A DNA stretch of 61,854 bases, the filler included. It is 9 parts of 9 records of this genome, joined end to end, with 100 filler letters (N's around TTAATTAATTAA, not from the genome) between each part and the next. Parts side by side here need not be neighbours in the genome. Positions count along the whole stretch, not along the records: positions 9,770 to 20,883 come from SRR31156797_88973; 8 more parts are not named here. One strand, given 5' to 3'. The translations under genes and the position numbers were made by a program. Under the pieces are notes generated by a model. It saw nothing but the letters and a program-made list of their open reading frames with translations, ran no database searches and was not told the origin of the DNA. Positions 9,770 through 19,131 of the stretch are shown here, piece after piece (positions within the stretch are counted from its first letter, which is position 1; every line of letters begins with the position of its first letter).

Positions 9770-11398
9770 GCCGATGCAGTCTTCAATGACCGCGGATAGA
9801 AAAGGGGACGGCATATAGAGGGCATGGGCCCGATCGACAAAGGCCGCGGCCTCCATCATTTTTATCACAAAGGAGTCGAGCTGTTTTCTGTAGGCCTCCT
9901 CGAGGGCTTCAAAGGAAGGATAGTCCGGCAGGTAGCCGGTATCGATTCCGATTTTATCACCGGTCAGCATGCAGACTCCGTTATTCAGAGTAAGCTCCAG
10001 AACCTTCACCAGGTTGAACATGGCCGCATCACTCCAGCCGAGGTTGTTTCCCGGGGTGGAGAGCTCCACACAGCCCACCAGACCGTAGTCCCGGGCATCT
10101 TCAGGCTCTATACCTGCCCGGATCAGGGCCGGGATGATCGACTCATCGTTGACGACCTGAGGCATCCCGCTCCCTCTGCCGATAACCCGGGAGCAGGCAT
10201 CGATGTACTCATGGGGGGAATCCTTATGCACCCGGGCGGTCAGGTTCGGTTGGGGGAGCCCCAGATGCTCCTGGGCTTTCAATAGAAGATAGGTCAATTC
10301 ATTGACTCCGTCGGCCTCACCTCCGGGTACAGCGATTTTTCCGCCGATGGAGATATTGAAACCGATGGGGAAACCGGCAAAGTACCGGGCTCCGTCGGAG
10401 TTCCGCATATAAACGATCTTGTTGAAGTTCAGGAAGAGGGACTCAACCAGTTCCAGGGCACCGGGTAAATCCAGCCCACCGGACTCGAGGTCCTTCATTA
10501 AAAAGGGGTAGAGGTCCTGATCCATCCGGCCCGGGGAGAAGGAGGAGGCGTTGGACTCCATCTGCAGAATAACAAAGAGAAACCAGACCGATTGAACCGC
10601 CTCCCGGAAGGTCTCCGGTGGTTCTGAAGAAAGCTTCCGGCAGATCCTCTCGATTTCCAGAAGATTTTCCTGCTGATCCATTTTTTCTCCGGCCATCTCT
10701 CCGGCCAGATCGGCATACCGAAGGATAAAGCTTACGGCGCCCTCCAGAGCCAGGACGACCGACTCGAGGAACTCCTTCTTTTCCGAATCGCTTTCCTCTT
10801 TCCAGTTCTTTCGGGCCCTCTCCAGAATTCCGGCGGGCCCCTGGTCGAGCCATTCAACGACGTTGGGGATAATATGGCCCTGAGCATGATCTTTCTGATT
10901 GATCTTCACCACTTTGGCAGTCCGGCCGATCTCTTCACCTATTTCCGAGGCGATGTACTCCTCCAGACTCCTGCCCTTCCAGAAGGGGATCAGTTCTTTT
11001 TGAAAGTACGTTTTATCTTCCGGCCGAACGAGGAAGCGGTCCTGGTCCCGATCGGATAAGGTGTCCAGTTCCTTTTTCACCCATTCGATCCCCGCTTCGG
11101 GAAAGACCACACCGTCCCTGATTCCCCGGGTCCGGTTCCCCGGAATCAATTCATCAGGTTCAATGCCAATCCGGATCTCCTCAAGTGATGCCTTAAGGGC
11201 CAGAGCACGATTCAATCGCCGAGATTTATCCGTATGACGGCGGTAGCTCTCGGTAATGAGAGCCGCCTGCTCAACCGAGAACCACCGTTCCCTGCCGGTG
11301 ATTCTTTCTTTGATCCTTTTCAGGTTCGGTTTGAAGGGGAGCTCCCATATTTCTGTTAACCTTTGGGGAGGCACCCTCCCGGCACTATGATTGTTCAT
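9770..11398 (-). CDS. pflD: PflD-type glycyl radical enzyme (3' end truncated)
   Basis: INQKDHAQGHI, ESNASSFSPGRMDQ, ARYFAGFP, LPQPNL and the Cys loop GCVELSTPG match E. coli PflD as I recall it; single-Cys loop, so not true PFL. Confidence 0.8.
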
Positions 11399-11487
11399 TT
11401 AATACCTCTTTGAGTGAACAAAGTATAGCTGTAAACTCGGGATTTGTACAGTAATGATGGGTTAAAACATGCAAATGAAAGCATATT

Positions 11488-11539
11488 GCTGTCATATGAT
11501 AATTTCTGATTGACAGCCCGCCTTTTTTTACCATAAACT
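11488..11539 (+). promoter_or_regulatory. Promoter with TCATATGA operator upstream of the reductase
   Basis: TCATATGA (11492-11499), 10 bp, TTGACA (11510-11515), then TAAACT 18 bp later. Confidence 0.55.
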
Positions 11540-11588
11540 GGCAGGTAATTGGACGGCCTGAGGACAGGCATATCGATAGGGAGGAAGT

Positions 11589-12455
11589 ATGAAGAAAATT
11601 CTAATCACCGGGGGAAACGGATTCTTCGGGACAAGGTTCCGGAGGCGTTATGGAGATGAATTTGAAATCCTCTCAACCGATGTGGATACTTTGAATATTC
11701 TGGATCGGGACGCCGTCTTTTCGGCGGTTTCCGAATTCCGGCCCGATTTCATTATTCATGCTGCAGCTATTGCTCTGACAGATTACTGCAATGCCAATCC
11801 GGAAAAATGCCGGAATATCAATGTCTCCGGCGCTCTGAATCTCGGGGAGGCCGCCCGGGAGAATGGGGCGGGACTTGTATTTCTGAGCAGCGAGCAGGTG
11901 TACAACGGAAATACCAACCGGGGTCCCTTCCGGGAGGAGGATCCGGCTGTGCCCGATACGGTCTACGGGGCGAACAAGCTGGAGGCCGAAGGACTGCTTT
12001 CGGAGATGTTGGAGGAACTGATTATCCTTCGGTTTACCTGGATGTTCGGTGTGCCCGAAAAGAATCGGCCCGTGGTCAATAATATCCTCTGGGATACGGT
12101 GAAAGGGATTATGAAGGGAGAACAGATGAAGGTCTCTCCCCATGAGTACCGCGGCCTGACCTTTGTGGATGATATGATTGAAAATTTCGGAAAGGTCTTT
12201 TCTCTGCCTCCGGGACGCTACCACATCGGTTCCGAAAACCCTTTGAGCCGCTATGATGTTGTGAAGCTGATCTTTTCAGAGATGGGGATTGAATCCCGGT
12301 TTGACGAGCTTATTATCCGGGATGAGGAGAAATACAGTGAAAATCCCCGGGATGTGCGCCTGGATACGGCGAAGGTCACCGGAGCAGGACTTTCATTTGA
12401 ACCCACCCCTGGAGCTCTGGCCCGCTGTATCTCCGAATTTTCATTGAAATTTTGA
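11589..12455 (+). CDS. RmlD-like extended SDR oxidoreductase
   Basis: ILITGGNGFFG Rossmann motif, IIHAAA, SSEQVY, catalytic YGANK. Confidence 0.85.
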   Translation: MKKILITGGNGFFGTRFRRRYGDEFEILSTDVDTLNILDRDAVFSAVSEFRPDFIIHAAAIALTDYCNANPEKCRNINVSGALNLGEAARENGAGLVFLSSEQVYNGNTNRGPFREEDPAVPDTVYGANKLEAEGLLSEMLEELIILRFTWMFGVPEKNRPVVNNILWDTVKGIMKGEQMKVSPHEYRGLTFVDDMIENFGKVFSLPPGRYHIGSENPLSRYDVVKLIFSEMGIESRFDELIIRDEEKYSENPRDVRLDTAKVTGAGLSFEPTPGALARCISEFSLKF

Positions 12456-12503
12456 TTGATTTTCAATGAAATTCTTGATTTTGCTTTTGAAATCGATTAT
12501 GCA

Positions 12504-12554
12504 GCTTTCATATGAAAATAAATGTTTGACAAATGAAAGTGCCGGTGTTATGAT
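12504..12554 (+). promoter_or_regulatory. Sigma70 promoter with TCATATGA operator upstream of the ABC operon
   Basis: TTTCATATGAAA palindrome (12506-12517); TTGACA (12526-12531)-17 bp-TATGAT (12549-12554) with extended TG. Confidence 0.7.
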
Positions 12555-12597
12555 CGTTTAAGAAATCACACAAAAACGAAAAGGAATGGAGGAATGT

Positions 12598-13869
12598 ATG
12601 AAAAAAGCACTGTTGATTCTGACGGCAGCCCTGCTGGCAGGCGGAATGCTCTTTGCCGGAGGCGGTCAGGAAGAGGCTGTAGAGGATGTAAACGAGGTTG
12701 AGGTTCTTCACTGGTGGACTTCCGGCGGTGAAGCGGCTGCTCTGAATGTTCTGAAGGAAGACCTGGAAGCCAAGGGAATTTCCTGGGTGGATTCTCCTGT
12801 TGCCGGAGGCGGTGGAACCGAGGCCATGACCGTTCTCAGGTCAAGAGCTACTTCCGGAAATCCCCCCGTAGCAGTTCAGATGCTCGGATTTGATATCATC
12901 GACTGGGCCGAGACTGGATTTCTGGCTAACCTGAACGAGATCGCCGAAGAGGAAAACTGGGATGCCGTTGTTCCCGAGGCCCTTCAGGGATTTTCGAAAT
13001 ATGACGGCAAATGGATTGCTTCCCCCGTTAATGTACACTCCACCAACTGGGTCTGGGCCAACAAACCCCTCCTTGATGGTCTTGGAATTGCCATGCCTAC
13101 CACATGGGATGAGTTCATTATGGCAATGGAAAAAGTTGAAGCCTCCGGAAAGGTCGCTCTTGCCCACGGGGGACAGGCCTGGCAGGATGCCACCATGTTT
13201 GATTCGGCTGTTATAGCCGCCGGTGGTGCCGATTTCTATAAAAAGACCATGATCGAACTGGATGAAGCCGCTCTCGGCTCCGCCACGATGGTTGATGCTT
13301 TCATGAAGATGGAGCAGCTCCGCTCCTTCGTTGACGACAATTTCTCCGGCCGGGACTGGAACCTTGCTTCCGCCATGGTTATTGAAGGCCAGGCTGCCTT
13401 CCAGATTATGGGTGACTGGGCCAAGGGTGAATTCCTCAATGCCGGAAAGGTTCCCAATGAAGACTTCTACTTCAGCAGAGTTCCCGGAACTCAGGACTGT
13501 GTGACTTTCAACTCTGACCAGTTTGTCATGTTTGACGTTGATCCTTCCCTGAGAAAGGCCCAGAACCTTCTGGCTGCCGCCATCATGACTCCCTCCTTTC
13601 AGGCTGCATTCAATATCGTCAAGGGTTCGGTTCCCGCCAGAACAGATGTTCCCATGGATGACTTTGATGCTGCCGGTAAACAGGCCATGAAAGATCTGAT
13701 CGCTGCTGCCGATGCCGGGAAGTTTATGGGTTCCATGGCTCACGGACACTCCTGTCCCGCCGCTGTCAAGAACGCCATGTATGATGTTGTTACTTCCCAC
13801 TTTAACGGCTCCTATGATGCCGCAACTGCTGCCGCCGAACTGGCTTCCGCTGTTGCCGCCGTTAAATAA
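12598..13869 (+). CDS. Sugar ABC transporter substrate-binding protein (glucose/mannose GtsA-like)
   Basis: [35 protein letters not shown]; spirochaete-type MLFAGGGQE signal; GGAGG RBS before ATG 12598. Confidence 0.9.
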   Translation: MKKALLILTAALLAGGMLFAGGGQEEAVEDVNEVEVLHWWTSGGEAAALNVLKEDLEAKGISWVDSPVAGGGGTEAMTVLRSRATSGNPPVAVQMLGFDIIDWAETGFLANLNEIAEEENWDAVVPEALQGFSKYDGKWIASPVNVHSTNWVWANKPLLDGLGIAMPTTWDEFIMAMEKVEASGKVALAHGGQAWQDATMFDSAVIAAGGADFYKKTMIELDEAALGSATMVDAFMKMEQLRSFVDDNFSGRDWNLASAMVIEGQAAFQIMGDWAKGEFLNAGKVPNEDFYFSRVPGTQDCVTFNSDQFVMFDVDPSLRKAQNLLAAAIMTPSFQAAFNIVKGSVPARTDVPMDDFDAAGKQAMKDLIAAADAGKFMGSMAHGHSCPAAVKNAMYDVVTSHFNGSYDAATAAAELASAVAAVK

Positions 13870-13886
13870 TTTCTGTTGATAAACCG

Positions 13887-13924
13887 GGGCAGCTTACTTC
13901 CTAGGGAGGAGCTGCCCTTTTTTT
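13887..13924 (+). terminator. Intrinsic terminator between SBP and permeases
   Basis: GGGCAGCT...AGCTGCCC followed by T7. Confidence 0.75.
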
Positions 13925-14029
13925 AAGACATAAGTTCCGGGAGAAAATAAAATGCTTGTTTTCTACCGGAACCCCGGCAAGGATGAAGAATCAATGACGG
14001 GAGATCTCCCTTAGAAAAGGAACAATGCA

Positions 14030-14914
14030 ATGAACAGGAAACCAAAACTGCGAATGACCGGTGATGATCTGGTGGCCAGGGGAGTTCTGCTTCCCACGAT
14101 CATTCTGACCCTGGTATTCGTCTACGCTTTTATCATCTATACGGTGCTTATATCGTTCACCGGATCGAAAATGCTCCCGAATTTCAGCTGGGTCGGTTTT
14201 GAGAATTATGTCCGTCTTTTCAAACTGGCCCATTGGCACACGGCCCTGAGGAATATGCTGGTTTTCAGCGTTCTCTACATCGGCATTGCCACCCTCCTGG
14301 GGCTGATTCTGGCCATCCTGATCGATCTGAACAAGGCCGGGGAGCGGATCTTCCGCCCTATCTTTCTCTACCCCATGGCCATCTCCTTTATTGTTACCGG
14401 TACGGCCTGGAAATGGTTTCTCGATCCCGGTATCGGGCTGGAGAGGATAATGCATCTCTGGGGTTTTGAGGCTTTTAAATTCGGCTGGATAAAAAACGCG
14501 GATTTTGCCATCTACACCGTTGTTATCGCAGCCATCTGGCAGGTTTCGGGCTATGTTATGACCATGTTTCTGGCGGGGCTCCGGGCCGTGGACGACGCGA
14601 CGGTGGAGTCGGCAGTGGTCGAAGGGGCCACAGGCTTCCAGCTATACACCAAGGTGATTATTCCCCAGTTGAGGTCTTCCTTCCTGTCGGTTTTCGTTAT
14701 CCTGGGTCATATGGCCATCAAATCCTATGACCTCGTTGTCGCCCTGACCAGCGGTGGACCCGGCCGGGCCAGTGAGCTTCCTTCGACCTTTATGTACTCC
14801 TACACCTTCACCCGGAATCAGATGGGGGTCGGTGCCAGTTCGGCTGTCTTTATGCTTATCGTCATCGGAATCATCATCACGCCCTACATCAGGGCCCAGG
14901 TTAAGGAGGCTTAG
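14030..14914 (+). CDS. Carbohydrate ABC permease (MalF-like)
   Basis: WVGFENY, LAGLRAVD..ESAVVEGA EAA loop, multiple TMs. Confidence 0.92.
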   Translation: MNRKPKLRMTGDDLVARGVLLPTIILTLVFVYAFIIYTVLISFTGSKMLPNFSWVGFENYVRLFKLAHWHTALRNMLVFSVLYIGIATLLGLILAILIDLNKAGERIFRPIFLYPMAISFIVTGTAWKWFLDPGIGLERIMHLWGFEAFKFGWIKNADFAIYTVVIAAIWQVSGYVMTMFLAGLRAVDDATVESAVVEGATGFQLYTKVIIPQLRSSFLSVFVILGHMAIKSYDLVVALTSGGPGRASELPSTFMYSYTFTRNQMGVGASSAVFMLIVIGIIITPYIRAQVKEA

Positions 14915-14917
14915 AAG

Positions 14918-15790
14918 ATGTCTGTTAAGAGTATTATGAAAATGCGCCGGGGCTGGGATTTCCTGATCATCGGCTTGATGGTTATCTTTGCCGTCTACTT
15001 CCTTACCCCCCTCTATGTTATGGTTGTAAACTCATTCAAGCCTCTTGCGGAGATCCGGGTTGGGAATATGCTTTCGGTGCCGAAGGATTTCTCCCTGGAT
15101 TTCTGGAAGAAGGCCTGGTTGACCGCCCAGATCGGTGTACAGGCCACAGGTTTAAGACCCTACCTCTTCAACTCCATCAAGATGGTTATTCCCGCCGTCC
15201 TTATGTCTACCTTTATGGGGGCCTTAAGTGGCTTTACCCTCTCCAAATGGAAGTTCAAGGGATCGACGATTATTTTCGCTCTCATCCTCTTCGGCTGTTT
15301 TATTCCTTTTCAGATCGTTCTCATACCCTCTGCCCGGGTTCTGGGAATCCTTGGTGTGGCGGGTTCCACTCCCGGGTTAGTCATGATCCACACGGTTTAC
15401 GGTCTGGGGTTTACAACACTCTTCTTCAAAAACTCTTATGAGAATCTGCCGAATGAATTGATTCAGTCGGCCCAGGTGGACGGTGCCCATTTCTGGAGAA
15501 TTTTCACCCATATTATTCTGCCCAACTCGGCGCCGGTCATTGTCGTTTCGATCATCTGGCAGACGACGAATATCTGGAATGACTTCCTCTTCGGTGTTTC
15601 CTTCGGAGATGCGACTTCCCAGCCGATCACCGTTGCTCTGAACAATCTGGTCTCCTCCTCCACCGGAGTCAAGGAGTACAATGTGCATTTTGCAGCGGCC
15701 CTGATGGCGGCTATCCCGACCCTGGTCATCTACTTCGTTTCCGGTCGGTACTTTGTCCGGGGTTTGATGTCCGGTTCGGTTAAAGGCTAG
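14918..15790 (+). CDS. Carbohydrate ABC permease (MalG-like)
   Basis: LPNELIQSAQVDGA EAA loop, IWNDFLF, RYFVRGLMSGSVKG end. Confidence 0.92.
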   Translation: MSVKSIMKMRRGWDFLIIGLMVIFAVYFLTPLYVMVVNSFKPLAEIRVGNMLSVPKDFSLDFWKKAWLTAQIGVQATGLRPYLFNSIKMVIPAVLMSTFMGALSGFTLSKWKFKGSTIIFALILFGCFIPFQIVLIPSARVLGILGVAGSTPGLVMIHTVYGLGFTTLFFKNSYENLPNELIQSAQVDGAHFWRIFTHIILPNSAPVIVVSIIWQTTNIWNDFLFGVSFGDATSQPITVALNNLVSSSTGVKEYNVHFAAALMAAIPTLVIYFVSGRYFVRGLMSGSVKG

Positions 15791-15804
15791 GAGCGGTCAG
15801 CGGG

Positions 15805-16263
15805 ATGGATATGCTGGAGAAACTGGAGGCCGATGAACGGGAACTGGTGTTTGATTCCTTTTCCCATGACCGGGCTTTGGAGTTGGGATTTTTCCTGGTG
15901 GAGAAGGCGAAGGAGAAGGGGCTTGCTGTGGCTGTCCGAATCGATCGGAACGGTCAGACCCTCTTTCACTGTGCCCTGCCGGGAACCACGATCAGCAATG
16001 ATCAGTGGCTGGCGGGCAAGATTAATGTGGTCTATCATTTTCACCACTCTTCTTTCTGGGTGAAACACAGCCTTCTTTCCAAAGGAAAAACTCTTGATCG
16101 GGACCACTTTCTTGAACCCGGAGATTTCCGGGCCCACGGAGGGGCTTTTCCGATCTTTGTAAAAGGAACCGGTCTTGTTGCGGCTGCAGCAGTGTCCGGT
16201 TTGCCGGATCATGAGGACCACCAGTTCCTCACCGAATCGATCCGGAATTTCATGGGAGATTAA
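15805..16263 (+). CDS. Heme-degrading domain (GlcG/HbpS-like, UPF0303) protein
   Basis: FSHDRALELG, LFHCALPGT, HGGAFPI, VSGLPDHEDH. Confidence 0.8.
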   Translation: MDMLEKLEADERELVFDSFSHDRALELGFFLVEKAKEKGLAVAVRIDRNGQTLFHCALPGTTISNDQWLAGKINVVYHFHHSSFWVKHSLLSKGKTLDRDHFLEPGDFRAHGGAFPIFVKGTGLVAAAAVSGLPDHEDHQFLTESIRNFMGD

Positions 16264-16266
16264 AGT

Positions 16267-17241
16267 TTGAAGGATAAGATTATCTGCGGAGTGGATCTCG
16301 GCGGCACGAAGCTGGCGGCGGCTCTCTATTACACCGACGGCAGAAAAATTGATTCGGATATAATTCACGATCACAAGGATAAGGCACATGATGAAATCGT
16401 TCGGATTGTGGGGGAACTTGTAAAAAAACTGCTTGCCCGTAATGGTTTGAAGTCTTCAGATGTTCTGGGAGTCGGGGTCGGTCTTGCCGGTCATATCCTC
16501 CACAAGGAGGGGATGATCATCACCTCCAGCAATTTTCCCGTTAATTTCTATCACTATCCCCTTGTTAAAAAACTGGAAGCTGAACTTCCGGGGGTCAAGG
16601 TTTACCTCGATAACGATGCCAACACCCAGGCTCTGGGAGAGTACACCTATGGGGCGGGAGCCGATGGGGATTTTGAGAATCTTGTCTATATGACGATCTC
16701 CACGGGTATAGGTGCAGGGGTTGTGATAAACGGAAAGATGTACCGGGGGCGCAGCGGTACGGCGGGGGAAATAGGTCATTCGATCATCGATATGGATTCG
16801 GATATGCAGTGTACCTGCGGGAACTACGGCTGTGCTATGGCCCTCTCCTCGGGACTCTTTTTTCCGGAGCTTTATCGTCGGAAGCTGAAGACCGGCCTGA
16901 AAAGCGCCTTCGGGATCACCCCGGAGACGGCGGATACAGTGGATGGACATCTCATCAGCCGGGGCTACCGGGATGGAGATCCCGTTTCAACGGCTATCGT
17001 GGTAGATTCGGCCGATGTGGTCGGATACAGCGTCTTCAATGTGTTTCAGCTTCTCAATCCGGATGTTGTTGTATTAGGCGGCGGGTTGATGAACTTCGGA
17101 GAAAGCTTTACAAATAGAATAAAGGAAAAATTCTGTTCCCTTACCCAGGAGATGATGTGTGAGGAGATGGATTTATTGATTTCAGAGATGGGGACCGATG
17201 CCGGTCTTCTGGGGGCTGCGGCTCTGGCTCTGGAGGAATAG
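16267..17241 (+). CDS. ROK family sugar kinase
   Basis: GVDLGGTK, DNDAN, STGIGAG, AGEIGH, CTCGNYGC Zn site; no N-terminal HTH; TTG start. Confidence 0.9.
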   Translation: MKDKIICGVDLGGTKLAAALYYTDGRKIDSDIIHDHKDKAHDEIVRIVGELVKKLLARNGLKSSDVLGVGVGLAGHILHKEGMIITSSNFPVNFYHYPLVKKLEAELPGVKVYLDNDANTQALGEYTYGAGADGDFENLVYMTISTGIGAGVVINGKMYRGRSGTAGEIGHSIIDMDSDMQCTCGNYGCAMALSSGLFFPELYRRKLKTGLKSAFGITPETADTVDGHLISRGYRDGDPVSTAIVVDSADVVGYSVFNVFQLLNPDVVVLGGGLMNFGESFTNRIKEKFCSLTQEMMCEEMDLLISEMGTDAGLLGAAALALEE

Positions 17242-17253
17242 AGGGAGTTATAA

Positions 17254-18000
17254 ATGGACAAGCGGCTGGATCTGATTCTGGGAGTACTTTCCGATGGTCA
17301 CAAGGCCTCGGTGAAGGAGTTGGCTGAGAAACTTCATGTCTCCCCTGCTACGATCCGGCAGGATCTGACCCGGCTGGAGCAGGACGGTTTCCTGAAGCGG
17401 TTTCACGGCGGGGCCGTTCTGGATGAGACCGATGTGATTTCGCACCGAATGGCGATCAACTACGATGTTAAGAAGAAAATCGCTAAAAAAGCCGCCGGTT
17501 TTATCAGCGAGGGAGATACGATCTTCCTCGAGTCGGGTTCGATTATGGCTCTTCTTATCAAGGAAATTTCCTCCCTCAAAAAGATAACGATTATTACCTC
17601 AAATGCTTTCATTGCCCGTTCTGTGGAGCAGACTTCGGAGAATCGGGTGGTTCTTATCGGCGGTGTCTATCAGCCGGAGAGCGAGAGCCTTGTAGGCAAT
17701 CTGGCGGCCCTCTGTATCGATCACCTTCACTTCTCCAAGGCTTTTATCGGGGTGGACGGTTTTACAGACGGGACCGGTTTCACCGGCCGGGATATGATGC
17801 GGGCGGAGATTGCATCGAAGATCATTCAGAAGAGTCCCGAGGTCTACATTATCACCGATTCTTCAAAGTTCGGGCGGATCAATCTCTCCCGCTACTGTAC
17901 CCTGGGGGAGACAGACTGCGTTATTACCGATGCGGGGCTGTCGGAGGAGTACCGGGAACTCCTCTCCCGGGAGAGCGAACTGATCATCGTGGATGAGTAA
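17254..18000 (+). CDS. DeoR/GlpR family transcriptional regulator
   Basis: VSPATIRQDL..LKRFHGGA HTH, KKKIAKKAA, DSSKFG. Confidence 0.93.
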   Translation: MDKRLDLILGVLSDGHKASVKELAEKLHVSPATIRQDLTRLEQDGFLKRFHGGAVLDETDVISHRMAINYDVKKKIAKKAAGFISEGDTIFLESGSIMALLIKEISSLKKITIITSNAFIARSVEQTSENRVVLIGGVYQPESESLVGNLAALCIDHLHFSKAFIGVDGFTDGTGFTGRDMMRAEIASKIIQKSPEVYIITDSSKFGRINLSRYCTLGETDCVITDAGLSEEYRELLSRESELIIVDE

Positions 18001-18150
18001 ACTGAAAGGCATCTAAAAAGCAGAGTTTTTCCAGGCATTCTTATCATTGAACTCTCTGATGATCCTACTGGGCCCCCGAGAGGAGGGCGCGGCTTCTCAG
18101 ATCCCGAACGAAGTCTGATCCGTGCCGGGTCATTCTGTTTGAGTGGAGCA

Positions 18151-19092
18151 TCATTTCTCTTTCAGATAATCGACAACGCCTCTCCAGAGCCACCCCTTCC
18201 CACACTCCTCCAGGGGGGCCGGCTCCCGGCCATCCAGCTCCTTCTCCAGTGTTTTCAGATTAAAACCGTCATTCAGAACAGCCAGAGTACCGGATCGAAT
18301 GGCACCTTCCGGGCAGCCGTAGATACACCTCAGGCAGAGGGAGCACTCTTTACCGAATAAAGGTTTTCCTGTTTCCGGGAGAAGGCTGATGTTTCCGGTC
18401 GGGCAATTCATACTGCACCAGCCGCAGCCATTGCAGTTCTCGTCGATCCGGAAGCGGCGGGCAAAGCGGTGGCTGCCCTGTTTTTCAAGCATTGACAGGA
18501 ACCGGAGATGTGACATTTTTCCCGGAGTTCGCGGTATGCCGGCTCTGACAGCCTCCAGAAATTCTTCAGCGGCTTTTCCCGCCCTTTCGGGTAGGACGCG
18601 CAGGAGGCGGCAGGCGAGATCCTTTGGGGTTGGTGTGATGAGATTGACGGGCATCACAAGCATCTTTTCAAAAACAAGGTTGAATCCCTTCTTTTCAAGA
18701 CTGCGGGAGCAGGCTTCCATGCAGTTTCTGTTGATACTGAAGTCGCCTCCGCCGGAAACGGAGATGACTCCCATAGGCCGCCTCCGTCCGCTCAGAGTTT
18801 CTATCCAGTCATAAACCGGCCAGGGGGCATCGAGGGCATAAACCGGATAAAGAAGGAGGAGAGATTCGGCCTTTTCGGAAGCGGCTTTTATACTTTTGTC
18901 CCGGGTTTCATGGTCAGAGATGCTGACAGGCGTTTCTGTTGTGTAACGGGACGCTTCATCCGGGTAGAGGGGGACGGACAGGGGAACAAGTTCAATTTCC
19001 GCATTCCGAGCGGCAAGGCTTTCAGCCAGGCGGAGGGCCGCTTTCTCGGTTCCGCCGGTTCCGGAAAAGAAAAAGATGGACACTTTCTGCAT
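18151..19092 (-). CDS. EFR1-family flavodoxin/ferredoxin protein
   Basis: N-terminal FSGTGGT; CNGCGWCSMNCP and CSLCLRCIYGCP 4Fe-4S motifs. Confidence 0.85.
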   Translation of the reverse strand: MQKVSIFFFSGTGGTEKAALRLAESLAARNAEIELVPLSVPLYPDEASRYTTETPVSISDHETRDKSIKAASEKAESLLLLYPVYALDAPWPVYDWIETLSGRRRPMGVISVSGGGDFSINRNCMEACSRSLEKKGFNLVFEKMLVMPVNLITPTPKDLACRLLRVLPERAGKAAEEFLEAVRAGIPRTPGKMSHLRFLSMLEKQGSHRFARRFRIDENCNGCGWCSMNCPTGNISLLPETGKPLFGKECSLCLRCIYGCPEGAIRSGTLAVLNDGFNLKTLEKELDGREPAPLEECGKGWLWRGVVDYLKEK

Positions 19093-19131
19093 CGGCTTCC
19101 TCCTTATGTATAGTCAGCTGGTTTTGCCCGG

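Noticed and set aside
9770-11398. Pyruvate formate-lyase assignment
   Set aside because: The Cys loop is GCVE with one Cys, not the Cys-Cys of true PFL
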